Shown here in pieces: positions 23,127 to 32,640 of a stretch of 36,291 nucleotides of DNA; position 1 is the first letter of the stretch, and every line of letters starts with the position of its first letter. The notes under the pieces were generated by a model. It saw nothing but the letters and a program-made list of their open reading frames with translations, had not been told where the DNA came from and made no database searches. Position numbers and translations under genes: made by a program. Source of the DNA: a virus (lineage: Duplodnaviria > Caudoviricetes); the IMG/VR virus record IMGVR_UViG_3300009602_000036, positions 1 to 36,291 of that record. One strand, given 5' to 3'.

Positions 23127-23803
23127 TGCTGATTTCCGAAGCGCGAGTGACGGCCACCGATTCGGCCCTGCACATCAGGGGCAACGAGACCTTTTCGGCC
23201 GAGAAGATCGACCGGGCACTGCGAGACGCCTTCAACTACTACCTGCGGGAGGTCCCGGCCAGCACGACGACTACGGCAGTGCAACTGCCGGAGGGCAGCC
23301 GGGTCATCGACATGACGGAGTGGATTGACCAATTCATCGTTGCCGACTACGTCAGCGGCAAGATCGGTGACGACGACGTTGCGCTCACCGACTACGAGAT
23401 GTGCCGGCGCCGCTTCCAGACGGAGATCCCGGTCGGGCAGCCCTCGCTCGTCGGGTTCAGGGGCGACCGCAACGGCCTGTTCAATACGCAGATGGACGCG
23501 AATCACAACCTCATGGTCACGCACCGCAGGCGTTTTCTCGACCTCGACCTGGGGTCGCCGGAGGACCTGGAGCTCAACGTGCCCGAGAACATCGCCGGGG
23601 ACCTGGTGCGGTGGGGCGTGCGGGCCTACATGCTCTACGGCGCCCCGGGTCATCCGGACGCGGGGCCTTCCATGCAGCGCTTCGAGATGATCGTCGACAA
23701 GGCCAAGAAGGAGTTCCGTGACCTTGAACCCGAGTCCCGATTCCGCTTCCTGCCGGCCTTGGCCTACCGGGAATCGGCCAGAACTAGGCTGACAAGGAGA
23801 TAA
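23126..23803 (+). CDS. Second adaptor-like protein
   Basis: IDRAL..A, GQP and N-terminal helical layout similar to the upstream gene; TGATG overlap. Confidence 0.55.
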   Translation: MLISEARVTATDSALHIRGNETFSAEKIDRALRDAFNYYLREVPASTTTTAVQLPEGSRVIDMTEWIDQFIVADYVSGKIGDDDVALTDYEMCRRRFQTEIPVGQPSLVGFRGDRNGLFNTQMDANHNLMVTHRRRFLDLDLGSPEDLELNVPENIAGDLVRWGVRAYMLYGAPGHPDAGPSMQRFEMIVDKAKKEFRDLEPESRFRFLPALAYRESARTRLTRR

Positions 23804-23806
23804 CCA

Positions 23807-24610
23807 ATGTCATCCACCACATACCCACTGGCCCAATCCGGATTCTTCAACGCCGGCACCACGGTCAACCTCAACATTCAGACGGTCAACCTGATCGCCA
23901 AGGAGACTCGCTACAACGGCACCGGTTCGCGCACGGGACTGATCGACTCGAGGCCAGTCTGGGTTCTCGGAGATCTGCCGACACTGGACGTCGTGTGCAG
24001 GGCCAACGTGTACAACGAAGGCTCGCACGTCTACGGTCTGGGCCAGTCCTCCACGTTCGCCACGCCGACATTGAAGATAGCGGTGCAGCGGTACCGCATC
24101 CGGAAGGTCTGGAGGCTCTTCGACGTCACCGTTTCCGGCAATAGCACGAAGCAGTGGAGCGCCGGGTTCCCGGTCGTGACCGGCTACGTCGAGGGGATCG
24201 CGGCGGACTCTACGCCGACCGCAGACTTCGACCTGGCCGCGGACGTCAACGCTCCTGCGACGACCTTCGCGATCAACGGGGTCGGCACGTTCCACGGCAC
24301 CGCCAAGCTGGGCCAGAAGCGTCTGGTCACCAACTTCCGCGACGGCGGCCCGATCCTCTACCACTACGACTTCAACTTTTCTGGTAACGCGCTGGGGTCT
24401 CACAGTATCGACTCGACGTTCACCTGGTTGTACTCGAGTACAACCACCGCGGCCTGGGCGGGCTCACCCGTCCGGGGCACGCTGACGCTCGACGTCGGAG
24501 CTTCGGCCGGAACCTTCAGCGAGTCGGCCCTCTGTTACGACGTCACGATCGGTGCGGACATGGCGAACGGAGGCCCAGAGATTGTCCAGTGCCGTTTCCG
24601 AGTTGATTAA
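23807..24610 (+). CDS. Tail-tube-like / tail structural protein
   Basis: FDVT.SG...KQW..G....TG.VEG and Y.FNFSG motifs resemble tail tube proteins; strong RBS AAGGAG. Confidence 0.5.
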   Translation: MSSTTYPLAQSGFFNAGTTVNLNIQTVNLIAKETRYNGTGSRTGLIDSRPVWVLGDLPTLDVVCRANVYNEGSHVYGLGQSSTFATPTLKIAVQRYRIRKVWRLFDVTVSGNSTKQWSAGFPVVTGYVEGIAADSTPTADFDLAADVNAPATTFAINGVGTFHGTAKLGQKRLVTNFRDGGPILYHYDFNFSGNALGSHSIDSTFTWLYSSTTTAAWAGSPVRGTLTLDVGASAGTFSESALCYDVTIGADMANGGPEIVQCRFRVD

Positions 24611-24624
24611 CGGAGGATGATCCG

Positions 24625-25392
24625 ATGTCCGAGGCCAAAGCGCCAGACCCAGACAACTTCGACCCGGAGAACACTCCGGAACCCCCGGAGGACGCCGGCC
24701 TGGACCAGACCGGGGAGGATTCCCCGCCGGAGCCCGGGTCGAAGTTCGGCACCGGCCCGGCCGAGATCGGTCCGCCAGGCGAGGACGTGCCCGAGACGGA
24801 GGAGGAGGCCGAGACGTCTCAACCTGCTGCCGAGGAGCCCGCCGAGGAGGAGCCGGAGCTCACGAGCTATCAGGAGCAGCAGCAGGAGAGGGCCAAGGCG
24901 TTCGAGGCCGAGAAGGAGGCCAAGCGGGAAGCGTTCCTTGAGAAGTACCCCGGATTCCGTAAACGATTCGAGCAGGAGGAGCAAGAGGGGCAACCACGAG
25001 AGCAGGTCGGCGAACCGGGGCCGGATGTGCCAGATGAAGATGTGGTTACGCCTTCCGATCGTATGCGTCCAGATTACCCGCGGGACTATGACCCAACGGA
25101 TCGTTTTCCTGTGGACATCCCGTATGACCCGACGAAGAAACCGCAGAGTCCGTGGGACAAGCCGGAGCCCGGGGAGATGCCGGCCGGAGAGCCCGGCCCG
25201 GACGTTCCCAGCGCAGATACGGCCAGCGCCGCACTCGCCACCGGCGGTGTCGGCGTGTCCGCCGCCGGCGAGATGAAAGACGAGACCAGCGACCAGATCC
25301 TCGAGGCGCTGCGAGAACTGATCCAGGAGCAGCGGATGAGCCGCGACCTGCTGCTGAACATCGTGACCGAAGGGATCCATATAAGGGTTTGA
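24625..25392 (+). CDS. Acidic Pro/Glu-rich protein with a helical C-terminus
   Basis: GGAGG RBS; low complexity; occupies the tape-measure position. Confidence 0.7.
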   Translation: MSEAKAPDPDNFDPENTPEPPEDAGLDQTGEDSPPEPGSKFGTGPAEIGPPGEDVPETEEEAETSQPAAEEPAEEEPELTSYQEQQQERAKAFEAEKEAKREAFLEKYPGFRKRFEQEEQEGQPREQVGEPGPDVPDEDVVTPSDRMRPDYPRDYDPTDRFPVDIPYDPTKKPQSPWDKPEPGEMPAGEPGPDVPSADTASAALATGGVGVSAAGEMKDETSDQILEALRELIQEQRMSRDLLLNIVTEGIHIRV

Positions 25393-25396
25393 CCGC

Positions 25397-26137
25397 ATGG
25401 CACGAACCGCGTTTGAAGAGCTGAACAACGAGCAGGCCGGGACGGTCTACACCCACGACGCCCAGCGGTTCGGGGGTACGGCCGTCACCGTCACCCGCTT
25501 CATCAAGGGCGACATCGACGGCATTGCGGCGATGGAGAAGGAGATCAACGACCACTCGCCTGCGGTCACCGAGGGGCTGCCCCTCAAGACTGCCCGCGTC
25601 ATCAAGCTCGATGGGGGGAATGCTTGGGTGATCGACCAGTTCCGACAGCCCGTGGAGCTGACCTACCACTTCAAGATGCACCCGTACACCAGGTCGATCG
25701 ACTGGTACACGGACGACCCGTTCGAGGGCGACGTCGTCGCCACGTGGCCGATCGAGGACATCGACACAACGCTCGTACCGCACCGCCGCGAGGTGCTGAT
25801 CTGGCGCCTCGAAGTGCCGATCTGGCAGGAGGGCTCCCCGCTCGATGAAATGGGTGCCTATATCGACACAATAAACAGCATTAACCAAAACTGGTGGTTC
25901 GGCAACCACAGGTTCTCTTTCGGAGTACACCAGGTTCGCCTTTACGCCCCCGCTATCGAGTTAATCCGCCTGACGAAAACCGAGAATCGTTTCACGGGGA
26001 CCTGGGTCTGGGACATTCGCGAGGACGGTTGGTATCGGCAGATCCACACCACGGAAGGGGAGTTCAAGCGAGTGCAGGAGTACCCCGCCGTGGGCTGGCC
26101 GAACCAATCCTTCCCCGATCCGGAGGCTCCGCTTTGA
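25397..26137 (+). CDS. Putative tail tip/hub protein
   Basis: Position; Trp-rich beta protein; IN..W.G..F motif. Confidence 0.6.
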   Translation: MARTAFEELNNEQAGTVYTHDAQRFGGTAVTVTRFIKGDIDGIAAMEKEINDHSPAVTEGLPLKTARVIKLDGGNAWVIDQFRQPVELTYHFKMHPYTRSIDWYTDDPFEGDVVATWPIEDIDTTLVPHRREVLIWRLEVPIWQEGSPLDEMGAYIDTINSINQNWWFGNHRFSFGVHQVRLYAPAIELIRLTKTENRFTGTWVWDIREDGWYRQIHTTEGEFKRVQEYPAVGWPNQSFPDPEAPL

Positions 26138-26892
26138 GCGAAGAGGTTTTCAAAAAGTTCGAGACCGGGGATCTGTTGACCGCCGAGCGTCTCAACCACC
26201 TCGGCGACGGCATTCGGTCGGTCTCGTCGGGCGGCCTGATGCGGCACTCGCGATCGGGGCATCACCTCGACCTGTACGTGTCGCCGCAAGCGGTCGCTGC
26301 GGCAGCGAACGTGCCGACCTTCCCGTGTCGGCTGACCGACAGCAAGAAGATGAATCTGCCCAAACGAATCTGCATTGAAGGCTCTGGGCTCGCCGAAGGT
26401 ACAGAGAAACAATACCGTTCGGGTCCACCGGTCCCTCACGATTACCGGTGGGTGTACGGCTTTACCGAGGTCACCTTCGTCGAGCAGTGCTTTGACGATC
26501 AAGGGAATGATATCCCTTTCAAAGATTGCGCCCCGAACACGGAAAGGTACATCAAGGTCGTGGACAAGCCGTCTGGCCGAGTCGGCAAGGTCGAGTGGCC
26601 CGGGAGCGGAACGGTCAAAAAGCATAAGTGGGCGTTCAACGTGTGGGAGATCCTGCACAAACAGGACACCGAGGTCTGCGCGGAAGAGCCGCACTGGATC
26701 TTCGGGGCGAACATCAAGCAGAATCAGTACCCGCCGGGTTTCGTGCCAACCGGCCCGGGCATAGGCAACGACGGCGATTGGCCCGACAACCAGGATTTTA
26801 TGGTGCTCATGTACGAGAGCCTGGATCATAACGGGGTGCCGATCCGGTACTTCAACGCGCCGGGAATACATTCAGGAACCTGCGGGGCATGA
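26134..26892 (+). CDS. Putative tail protein
   Basis: TTG start at 26134 behind GGAGG, overlapping the upstream TGA; F..GD.LTA.RLN.L N-terminal motif common in tail-associated proteins. Confidence 0.7.
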   Translation: MSEEVFKKFETGDLLTAERLNHLGDGIRSVSSGGLMRHSRSGHHLDLYVSPQAVAAAANVPTFPCRLTDSKKMNLPKRICIEGSGLAEGTEKQYRSGPPVPHDYRWVYGFTEVTFVEQCFDDQGNDIPFKDCAPNTERYIKVVDKPSGRVGKVEWPGSGTVKKHKWAFNVWEILHKQDTEVCAEEPHWIFGANIKQNQYPPGFVPTGPGIGNDGDWPDNQDFMVLMYESLDHNGVPIRYFNAPGIHSGTCGA

Positions 26893-27854
26893 TTTCCAAC
26901 GTCGTTACAGCTGCGACCGGGCCCCAAGGTGGCATTCGCCACTGCAACCTGCCGTGCTTCTCCATCGAGGGGTTCACCAACTCGTTCTTCAACGTGTCGA
27001 GCTGCACGTGCAAGGCTGTTGCTGCTGCTAATTACACCTCGTCCCAGGCGGCGTGGGACGGGGTGTTTCGACCTTGGGTGCCGGTCGCTCCTCCTGTGGT
27101 TGGAGAGCTATCCTTCAACGTCTGGGACGGATGCACCTACTCGTTCGGCCGCAACGGGGCCATTACGCAGGGCGGGCGCGTGCACAACGGCAAGTTGATC
27201 ATCGGGTCAGTTGGCCTCGGGTCAGGCACTATTGTCGGGGACCCGATGAACATCAGCCCTCCCGGAACGATCATCACCATTCGCTGCGACGACAATGCCG
27301 GGGGTACGAACACCATCTGGCAGGGGTCGCACGATTCAGAAATGCCGGATGCGAAGCCCGTCGTGCGCATCGCCGGCTGCTCGCCGACACCCGAGAAGAT
27401 CAACCTCAAAAAGCTCTCGGCGATCGGATGTATATGCGACGTACTGGACCCTGCCGAGTGCCCCACATCTGCGGAATGTGCGGCGTGCTCGGCCAACAGT
27501 CCGCTCATCGGCTGGACATTCCAAGTCACCGGCTTCACTGTCTCCGGATGTATCTCGGCACTCAACGGGACGCACAAGATCAGAGACAGGACAACAGACT
27601 GTATTTTCGACGAGACATTCCCTGGGGTGTCCCCCGAATCCGCCATCCGATGCGTGGACCTGGGCGAGGGAGAGGGAGTCTGGTTCTACAAGGAGGGAGC
27701 CGGTTCGTTTCAAGCTCGTGCCGACCTGGCCCCCGTACTGGATTCGGAGAACTGTCCTCCTCGTCCGACTAGCTTCACCGACATAGATATGTGGGGGCTC
27801 TGCGACTGCTCCGGACAAAGGGTGACCGCTCGCTACAAGTATGGTGTTTTGTAA
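26889..27854 (+). CDS. Cys-rich putative tail/receptor-binding protein
   Basis: ATGA overlap; many Cys; WDGVFR motif. Confidence 0.7.
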   Translation: MISNVVTAATGPQGGIRHCNLPCFSIEGFTNSFFNVSSCTCKAVAAANYTSSQAAWDGVFRPWVPVAPPVVGELSFNVWDGCTYSFGRNGAITQGGRVHNGKLIIGSVGLGSGTIVGDPMNISPPGTIITIRCDDNAGGTNTIWQGSHDSEMPDAKPVVRIAGCSPTPEKINLKKLSAIGCICDVLDPAECPTSAECAACSANSPLIGWTFQVTGFTVSGCISALNGTHKIRDRTTDCIFDETFPGVSPESAIRCVDLGEGEGVWFYKEGAGSFQARADLAPVLDSENCPPRPTSFTDIDMWGLCDCSGQRVTARYKYGVL

Positions 27855-28261
27855 TGGCAAACACTCTCGAAGATTGCTGCGACTTCTCCTTGAAGCTCAA
27901 GATAGACCCGTCATTGCTGACGTCTTGCAGCGACTGTGAGGCCGGAGGGACCACGCAGTGGGACGGGGTGTTTCGAGATTACTTCGGAACGAGGTGCGTG
28001 TATTACGTCGACGATCGGACGCAGGACCAGTTCGACGGGACCGACGGACTCAATCCGTTCTTCACTCGCCTTCGCAGGTCGCAGTCCCACGAGTGCACCT
28101 GGTTACTGTATATCGCGTGCTCTCATTGCACTCTCGACGATTACATCTGGGTGGGATCGGGGCCACACCACCGCCCCGAGGGCACCTACCGGATGATGCA
28201 CGGGTGCGATGACGGAACGAACATTACGGTCGAGACGATGGAAGTCCTGGTGGAACCATGA
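27854..28261 (+). CDS. Cys-rich protein paralogous to the N-terminal domain of the upstream gene
   Basis: TAATG overlap; shares SC, WDGVFR, C.Y, IW.G and GC motifs. Confidence 0.7.
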   Translation: MANTLEDCCDFSLKLKIDPSLLTSCSDCEAGGTTQWDGVFRDYFGTRCVYYVDDRTQDQFDGTDGLNPFFTRLRRSQSHECTWLLYIACSHCTLDDYIWVGSGPHHRPEGTYRMMHGCDDGTNITVETMEVLVEP

Positions 28262-28572
28262 AAAAGATACAGCTGTCCTGGCAGGCCCATGTCGATGTTG
28301 CTCCCCGGCACCGCCCGGATTTTCTGGACGACATCCGGGAGCTGGGGTTCGATTGGGACGGTGACTCGTTCTGGATTAAGTCCGAGGACTTTATTAAGGT
28401 CCACACCAAGCACTGGATCGACAATAAGGGCAAGTCTCAGATCCAGGTCCCGTCGATACAGTCCCGGGGCCTGGGCGACACAGTTGCGAAGGCCGCGGAT
28501 TTCTTCGGATTCAAGCCCTGCAACGGGTGTAAGGACCGCCAGAGGAAGCTCAACAAACTGGTCCCCTACTGA
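28258..28572 (+). CDS. Conserved phage hypothetical (SRGLGDT..K...C.GC..RQ..LN...PY)
   Basis: Motif recalled from small proteins that follow Cys-rich tail genes in environmental phages; ATGA overlap. Confidence 0.75.
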   Translation: MKKIQLSWQAHVDVAPRHRPDFLDDIRELGFDWDGDSFWIKSEDFIKVHTKHWIDNKGKSQIQVPSIQSRGLGDTVAKAADFFGFKPCNGCKDRQRKLNKLVPY

Positions 28573-28584
28573 TTGAGGTGAATT

Positions 28585-29811
28585 ATGGCATATAGAATCT
28601 GGCAGGGCGATGGGGCTGCCATCGCACAGAGCGGGACAATCACGACCACTGCCCCATCAGGGTCAACCGCCTACTCCATGACCGTGAGGGACGAGGCTGG
28701 TCAGGACACGGTGATCAGCTACACGTCCACGGGCACCGGTATTCCCAACTTTGCGGCCGGGCTGGCGACCGCGTGGAACAACAGCGGATCGCCTGCGGCG
28801 CAGAGGGCGACGGCGAGCGCCGCGACGACCGGCGTTATCACCTTCACGGCTGACAATGCCGGCGTACCTTTCAGGATCGCGGCTACGAGTGCGACCGCTG
28901 TCGTCGGTAGCTACATCGCTTCGGTCGCCAACGCAGGGCCCAACGACTGGAACGATCCCCAGAACTGGGAAGGCGGCAACATTGCGTCGGCGGGCAACGA
29001 CATCATCGTTGCGAGAGGGTCCGGTGCCATCCTTTGGAATCTCGATCAGTCCGGCTCGGGCAACTTCGCTAGCCTCACGGTCGAGGAGGGGGCGAACGGC
29101 GCTATCGGCGGAACCGACGGGGCCTCATTGCAGCTGCACCTCGTCGATTCCGCCGCCGCGACGAATCTGGAAATAAACGGAAGTGGTCAGATCTTTCTGA
29201 CGATTCATCGGACAGCGACGGACGTTGCCGAAGGGGCAGTGATCGTCACGAATCACACCTACAAGCCGTCAGCCGGTCAGCATGGGATCAATCTCACGGT
29301 CGCGCAACATGCGTCAGAGGTACTCACCATCCCGACCCTCACTGTCAACCGAGGCAACGTCGGTGTGCACGCATCGGACGACGCCTCGGCCTGCAAGATC
29401 ACGGCGCTCAATATGGGGTTCGTTACTTCCGCCAAGACCGATGCGAACGTCACGCTCGGCAAGGAATGTCATGCGACGACGATCGAGAAGACTGGGGGGT
29501 ATATCACGATCAAGACGACCACCGACACGTCTGGCGTCACCCTCGTGCAGGACGAGGGGACCGTCGTCACCGAAGGGGCGGTCGTCTTCACCACTATGAC
29601 CCTCAACGGGGGATCAGCGGTCCTCAAGAGCACCGGCACGGTCACGACCCTCAATATCAACAACGCCTTCGTCGATATGACGAAGGACCAGCGCGTCGGC
29701 ACGGTTGCGACCGTCAAACTCAACAAGGGCGGGTCGCTCAAGAAGAGCACGACGGCCGGAACCGTGACCAGCATCCAGAGCGACGACTCGGTTACATTCA
29801 GCGCCAATTAA
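28585..29811 (+). CDS. Beta-helix-like tail fibre/spike protein
   Basis: GAGGTG RBS; G/T/S/A/N-rich; W..G, NDW.DPQNW and repeated T.L..NGG-type units. Confidence 0.65.
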   Translation: MAYRIWQGDGAAIAQSGTITTTAPSGSTAYSMTVRDEAGQDTVISYTSTGTGIPNFAAGLATAWNNSGSPAAQRATASAATTGVITFTADNAGVPFRIAATSATAVVGSYIASVANAGPNDWNDPQNWEGGNIASAGNDIIVARGSGAILWNLDQSGSGNFASLTVEEGANGAIGGTDGASLQLHLVDSAAATNLEINGSGQIFLTIHRTATDVAEGAVIVTNHTYKPSAGQHGINLTVAQHASEVLTIPTLTVNRGNVGVHASDDASACKITALNMGFVTSAKTDANVTLGKECHATTIEKTGGYITIKTTTDTSGVTLVQDEGTVVTEGAVVFTTMTLNGGSAVLKSTGTVTTLNINNAFVDMTKDQRVGTVATVKLNKGGSLKKSTTAGTVTSIQSDDSVTFSAN

Positions 29812-29823
29812 AGGGCCTCAATC

Positions 29824-32640
29824 ATGGCAGCAACCTACATCGGATCAGGCGGCACAAACCTTCGCCGGCGTCGGAGAACGGGAACGGGAGCGGGAGCGGG
29901 CGGCGGGAACGCAAACACCAATCGGTCCAGCCGTCGCGAGGAGGAGCGGTACCAGATGAGGATGGCCCGCAAGCAGAAGATGATCGCCAGGGGCGAGGCC
30001 CGCAGGGACCAGCGAGAGATCGACATCGCCAATCAGAGGGCGGCGACCCGCGCCGACGTTGCCTCGCGGACGCTGCCGAGCGGGAGGAGATTGACCAAAA
30101 AGGAGTCGTCGTACGCAGCGGCGCACCCGGAACTCACTCCGGAGAAGGTGCTGGAGTGGAGTGAGGGGCAACGGAAGGCGGACGCAAAAAGTTTGTTTGC
30201 TCGCAACAAGCCGGGATTGATAGCCCAGGCGAACAAGGCCAGGGCCGAGGCCGGATTGTTACCCCTACCCGAGGACGGTAAGGGCGCTGCGGCCGCGGGG
30301 GCAACGACAAGACCGCTGATCCCAAGGGTGGCAGCGCAACCCCAACAGCTCTTTCGCAAGAAGGGTCAGGGCGAGTTTGATCTCGCTCGCGATCCGTACC
30401 GGCTCGGGATGCCGCCAGTAGAAGCGGCTAAAGTGACGCAGCCTCCGATGGCCCCAGCCGGAAGTGTGGCACCTCTGGCCGCCCGTGGGGATGTCGGGGT
30501 CTCTGGGATAATGAGGGAGACGCTCCCAGCCGGAAGTGTGGCACCTCTGGCCGCGGGGCAGGCTGCAACGCCCCCGGTTGCCCCCCAACAGCTCTTGCGT
30601 AGGACCGGTCAGGGCCCGTCGCCAGCCCCCGGCACTTTCGGGGCGCCGCAAAGAGCGGTTCCACAAGCAGGGGCACTCATGGGGCCGGCGGTTGGATTGC
30701 CCCCAGGAGTCAGACTGGGAGCGGCTCCACAACCAGTGGCAGGCGCGGGGCAGCCTGGTGCGGCTGTAGTTCCTGGTGCCGCAGCTGCCGGAGTTTCTGG
30801 CGCCGCAGCTGCCGGAGCTCCTGGCGCCGCACCTGGTCCGGCCGGAGCCTGGAACCCGCAAGCAGGGGGTTTGAACGAACATGGAGAGTGGCGCCCGCCG
30901 TTCCGACCGGAGTCTGCACCGATGACGGAGGAGCGGGTGGCAGAGGTCCAGGCTCTCATCGCGCGGAGGGCAACTGACATCCCAGGATTGCAGGCTATGC
31001 AGCAGGCCCTGATGGACCAGCCGGCCTTCGACTTCGAGGCTGCCTTTCCAGCACCTACGCTGCCCACGCGGCAGCCGACCCAGGCCGAGCAGCAGGCCAA
31101 CCTGATGGCCGAGCAGGGCAACCTGATGGACCAGCGGGGCAACCTGATGAACGAGGCCCTCCAGCCCGGGGGCGTGCCTTGGCATGCCGTACAGGGCCTT
31201 GGCGGGGACCTGATGGCGAATGCCGAGCAGATCCGTGCAGGGGGCGGCACGGTCGACTGGACCGGATACGCCACGCAGCAGCAGGCACCGGCCGTCCAAG
31301 GCGAAGAACCCCTCGCCAGGGCCCAGCGTCTGACGGAGAGTCTGCAACGGGGCGAGGCGCAGGGCAGCTTGAGCAGGGCACGCCGTGTCCCCGAAGAAGG
31401 CTCATTGGGCGTCACGGGCGAGCAGCTCGCTGCACAGCGAGAGCAGTTCGCCGAGTCGCAGGACCAGGCCCGCCGTGCCCGGATCGAGGGCCGGCCGCTC
31501 TCCGAGATCGTTGCCCGCGACGAGGGGGAGAAGGCGAAGACGAGGGAGAGGCAGCACGAGCTGGAAACCAAGCGGGTCGAGACAGAAGCGAGAGTCGATG
31601 TCGCAAAAATCGTTGCAGAAGCTCAAGGCGTCAGTGCCAAAGCAAAGGAACGAGGAACAGCCTTGATTGCCATGTCGAATAACTGGAACACGGCCACGCA
31701 GCAGAGGTACGCTCGGCAGGTCGACTCCGCCAAGCTCTGGTACAAACAGGCGGGCGATATGGGCAAGGAAATCCGCGATCTCCAGACGACCATCGCCACA
31801 TGGGAAACCGCTGCTCTCACTGCAAGGACGCCCGAGGAGCAGGCAGCTCGTTCGGCGCTGATGGCGAAGATTGCACAGAAAAAACAAGATATCAAAGCCC
31901 TTCGCAAAGATCAGGACGATTTGTATGGGCGAGCGGACGATCTTTTCTTCGATATGCAGCAGGCGGACGAGGGCCAAGACCGACCTACGGTCGAACGAGT
32001 GGAACCGCCAAGGTCGATTCCCTTTTATACTGAATTCCCAGCAGCTCCAGGAGCAGTTCCAGGAGCAGGTCCTGGCGGCGTTACCACGCCCACCACGGCC
32101 GCACAACCCGTCGCTGCACCCGCAGGCGAACCGGCTGCCGGCCAGTTCCCGCCAGGGGTCAACACTCAGGAGCAGGCCGTGGCCTGGGTCAACACGCAGA
32201 TCCGCGACCTAGAAGGCAAGATACGGAGAAGTGGGCGCTTGCGTGCGCGGCGTGGCCAGCAAACCGTTCCAGAGTATGCGGGTCAAGTTAAAGAATTGGA
32301 ACATTGGAAGAGAGCTCTCCGGCGGCAAGAGGATTACCCCGAATACTGGAAGCAGACGTTCACCACAGATTACGAGAAAGGAGGAGGCGCGGCACGCTAC
32401 GCTCCAGGAGAACCGCAACCAACAGCTACGCCACCTGCTGCTCCCCCCGCCTACGGAGAACCGGGATCTGTACAAGGTCCTCCTGCCACAGCTACGCCAA
32501 CAGCTGCGCCATCTGCTGCTCCCGCCGCACGCTCGTGGCCGGGAATAAGGAGCGCCGAACATGGGAAGATCTACAGGCTGAGAAACGGAAGAAGCGGGCG
32601 ATTCAATCAGAAAACGAAGCAGCTGGAACCCATTAAATGA
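29824..32640 (+). CDS. Large Ala/Pro/Gln-rich internal virion (ejection) protein, 938 aa
   Basis: Low complexity plus coiled coils; position after the tail genes and before a giant protein; exact 30-bp repeat at 30453-30482 / 30525-30554. Confidence 0.7.
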   Translation: MAATYIGSGGTNLRRRRRTGTGAGAGGGNANTNRSSRREEERYQMRMARKQKMIARGEARRDQREIDIANQRAATRADVASRTLPSGRRLTKKESSYAAAHPELTPEKVLEWSEGQRKADAKSLFARNKPGLIAQANKARAEAGLLPLPEDGKGAAAAGATTRPLIPRVAAQPQQLFRKKGQGEFDLARDPYRLGMPPVEAAKVTQPPMAPAGSVAPLAARGDVGVSGIMRETLPAGSVAPLAAGQAATPPVAPQQLLRRTGQGPSPAPGTFGAPQRAVPQAGALMGPAVGLPPGVRLGAAPQPVAGAGQPGAAVVPGAAAAGVSGAAAAGAPGAAPGPAGAWNPQAGGLNEHGEWRPPFRPESAPMTEERVAEVQALIARRATDIPGLQAMQQALMDQPAFDFEAAFPAPTLPTRQPTQAEQQANLMAEQGNLMDQRGNLMNEALQPGGVPWHAVQGLGGDLMANAEQIRAGGGTVDWTGYATQQQAPAVQGEEPLARAQRLTESLQRGEAQGSLSRARRVPEEGSLGVTGEQLAAQREQFAESQDQARRARIEGRPLSEIVARDEGEKAKTRERQHELETKRVETEARVDVAKIVAEAQGVSAKAKERGTALIAMSNNWNTATQQRYARQVDSAKLWYKQAGDMGKEIRDLQTTIATWETAALTARTPEEQAARSALMAKIAQKKQDIKALRKDQDDLYGRADDLFFDMQQADEGQDRPTVERVEPPRSIPFYTEFPAAPGAVPGAGPGGVTTPTTAAQPVAAPAGEPAAGQFPPGVNTQEQAVAWVNTQIRDLEGKIRRSGRLRARRGQQTVPEYAGQVKELEHWKRALRRQEDYPEYWKQTFTTDYEKGGGAARYAPGEPQPTATPPAAPPAYGEPGSVQGPPATATPTAAPSAAPAARSWPGIRSAEHGKIYRLRNGRSGRFNQKTKQLEPIK

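Noticed and set aside
26889-28261. Diversity-generating retroelement (TR/VR pair) in the tail genes
   Set aside because: Shared identity is only 19 bp, with no ~100-bp adenine-specific mismatch repeat and no reverse transcriptase in the window.
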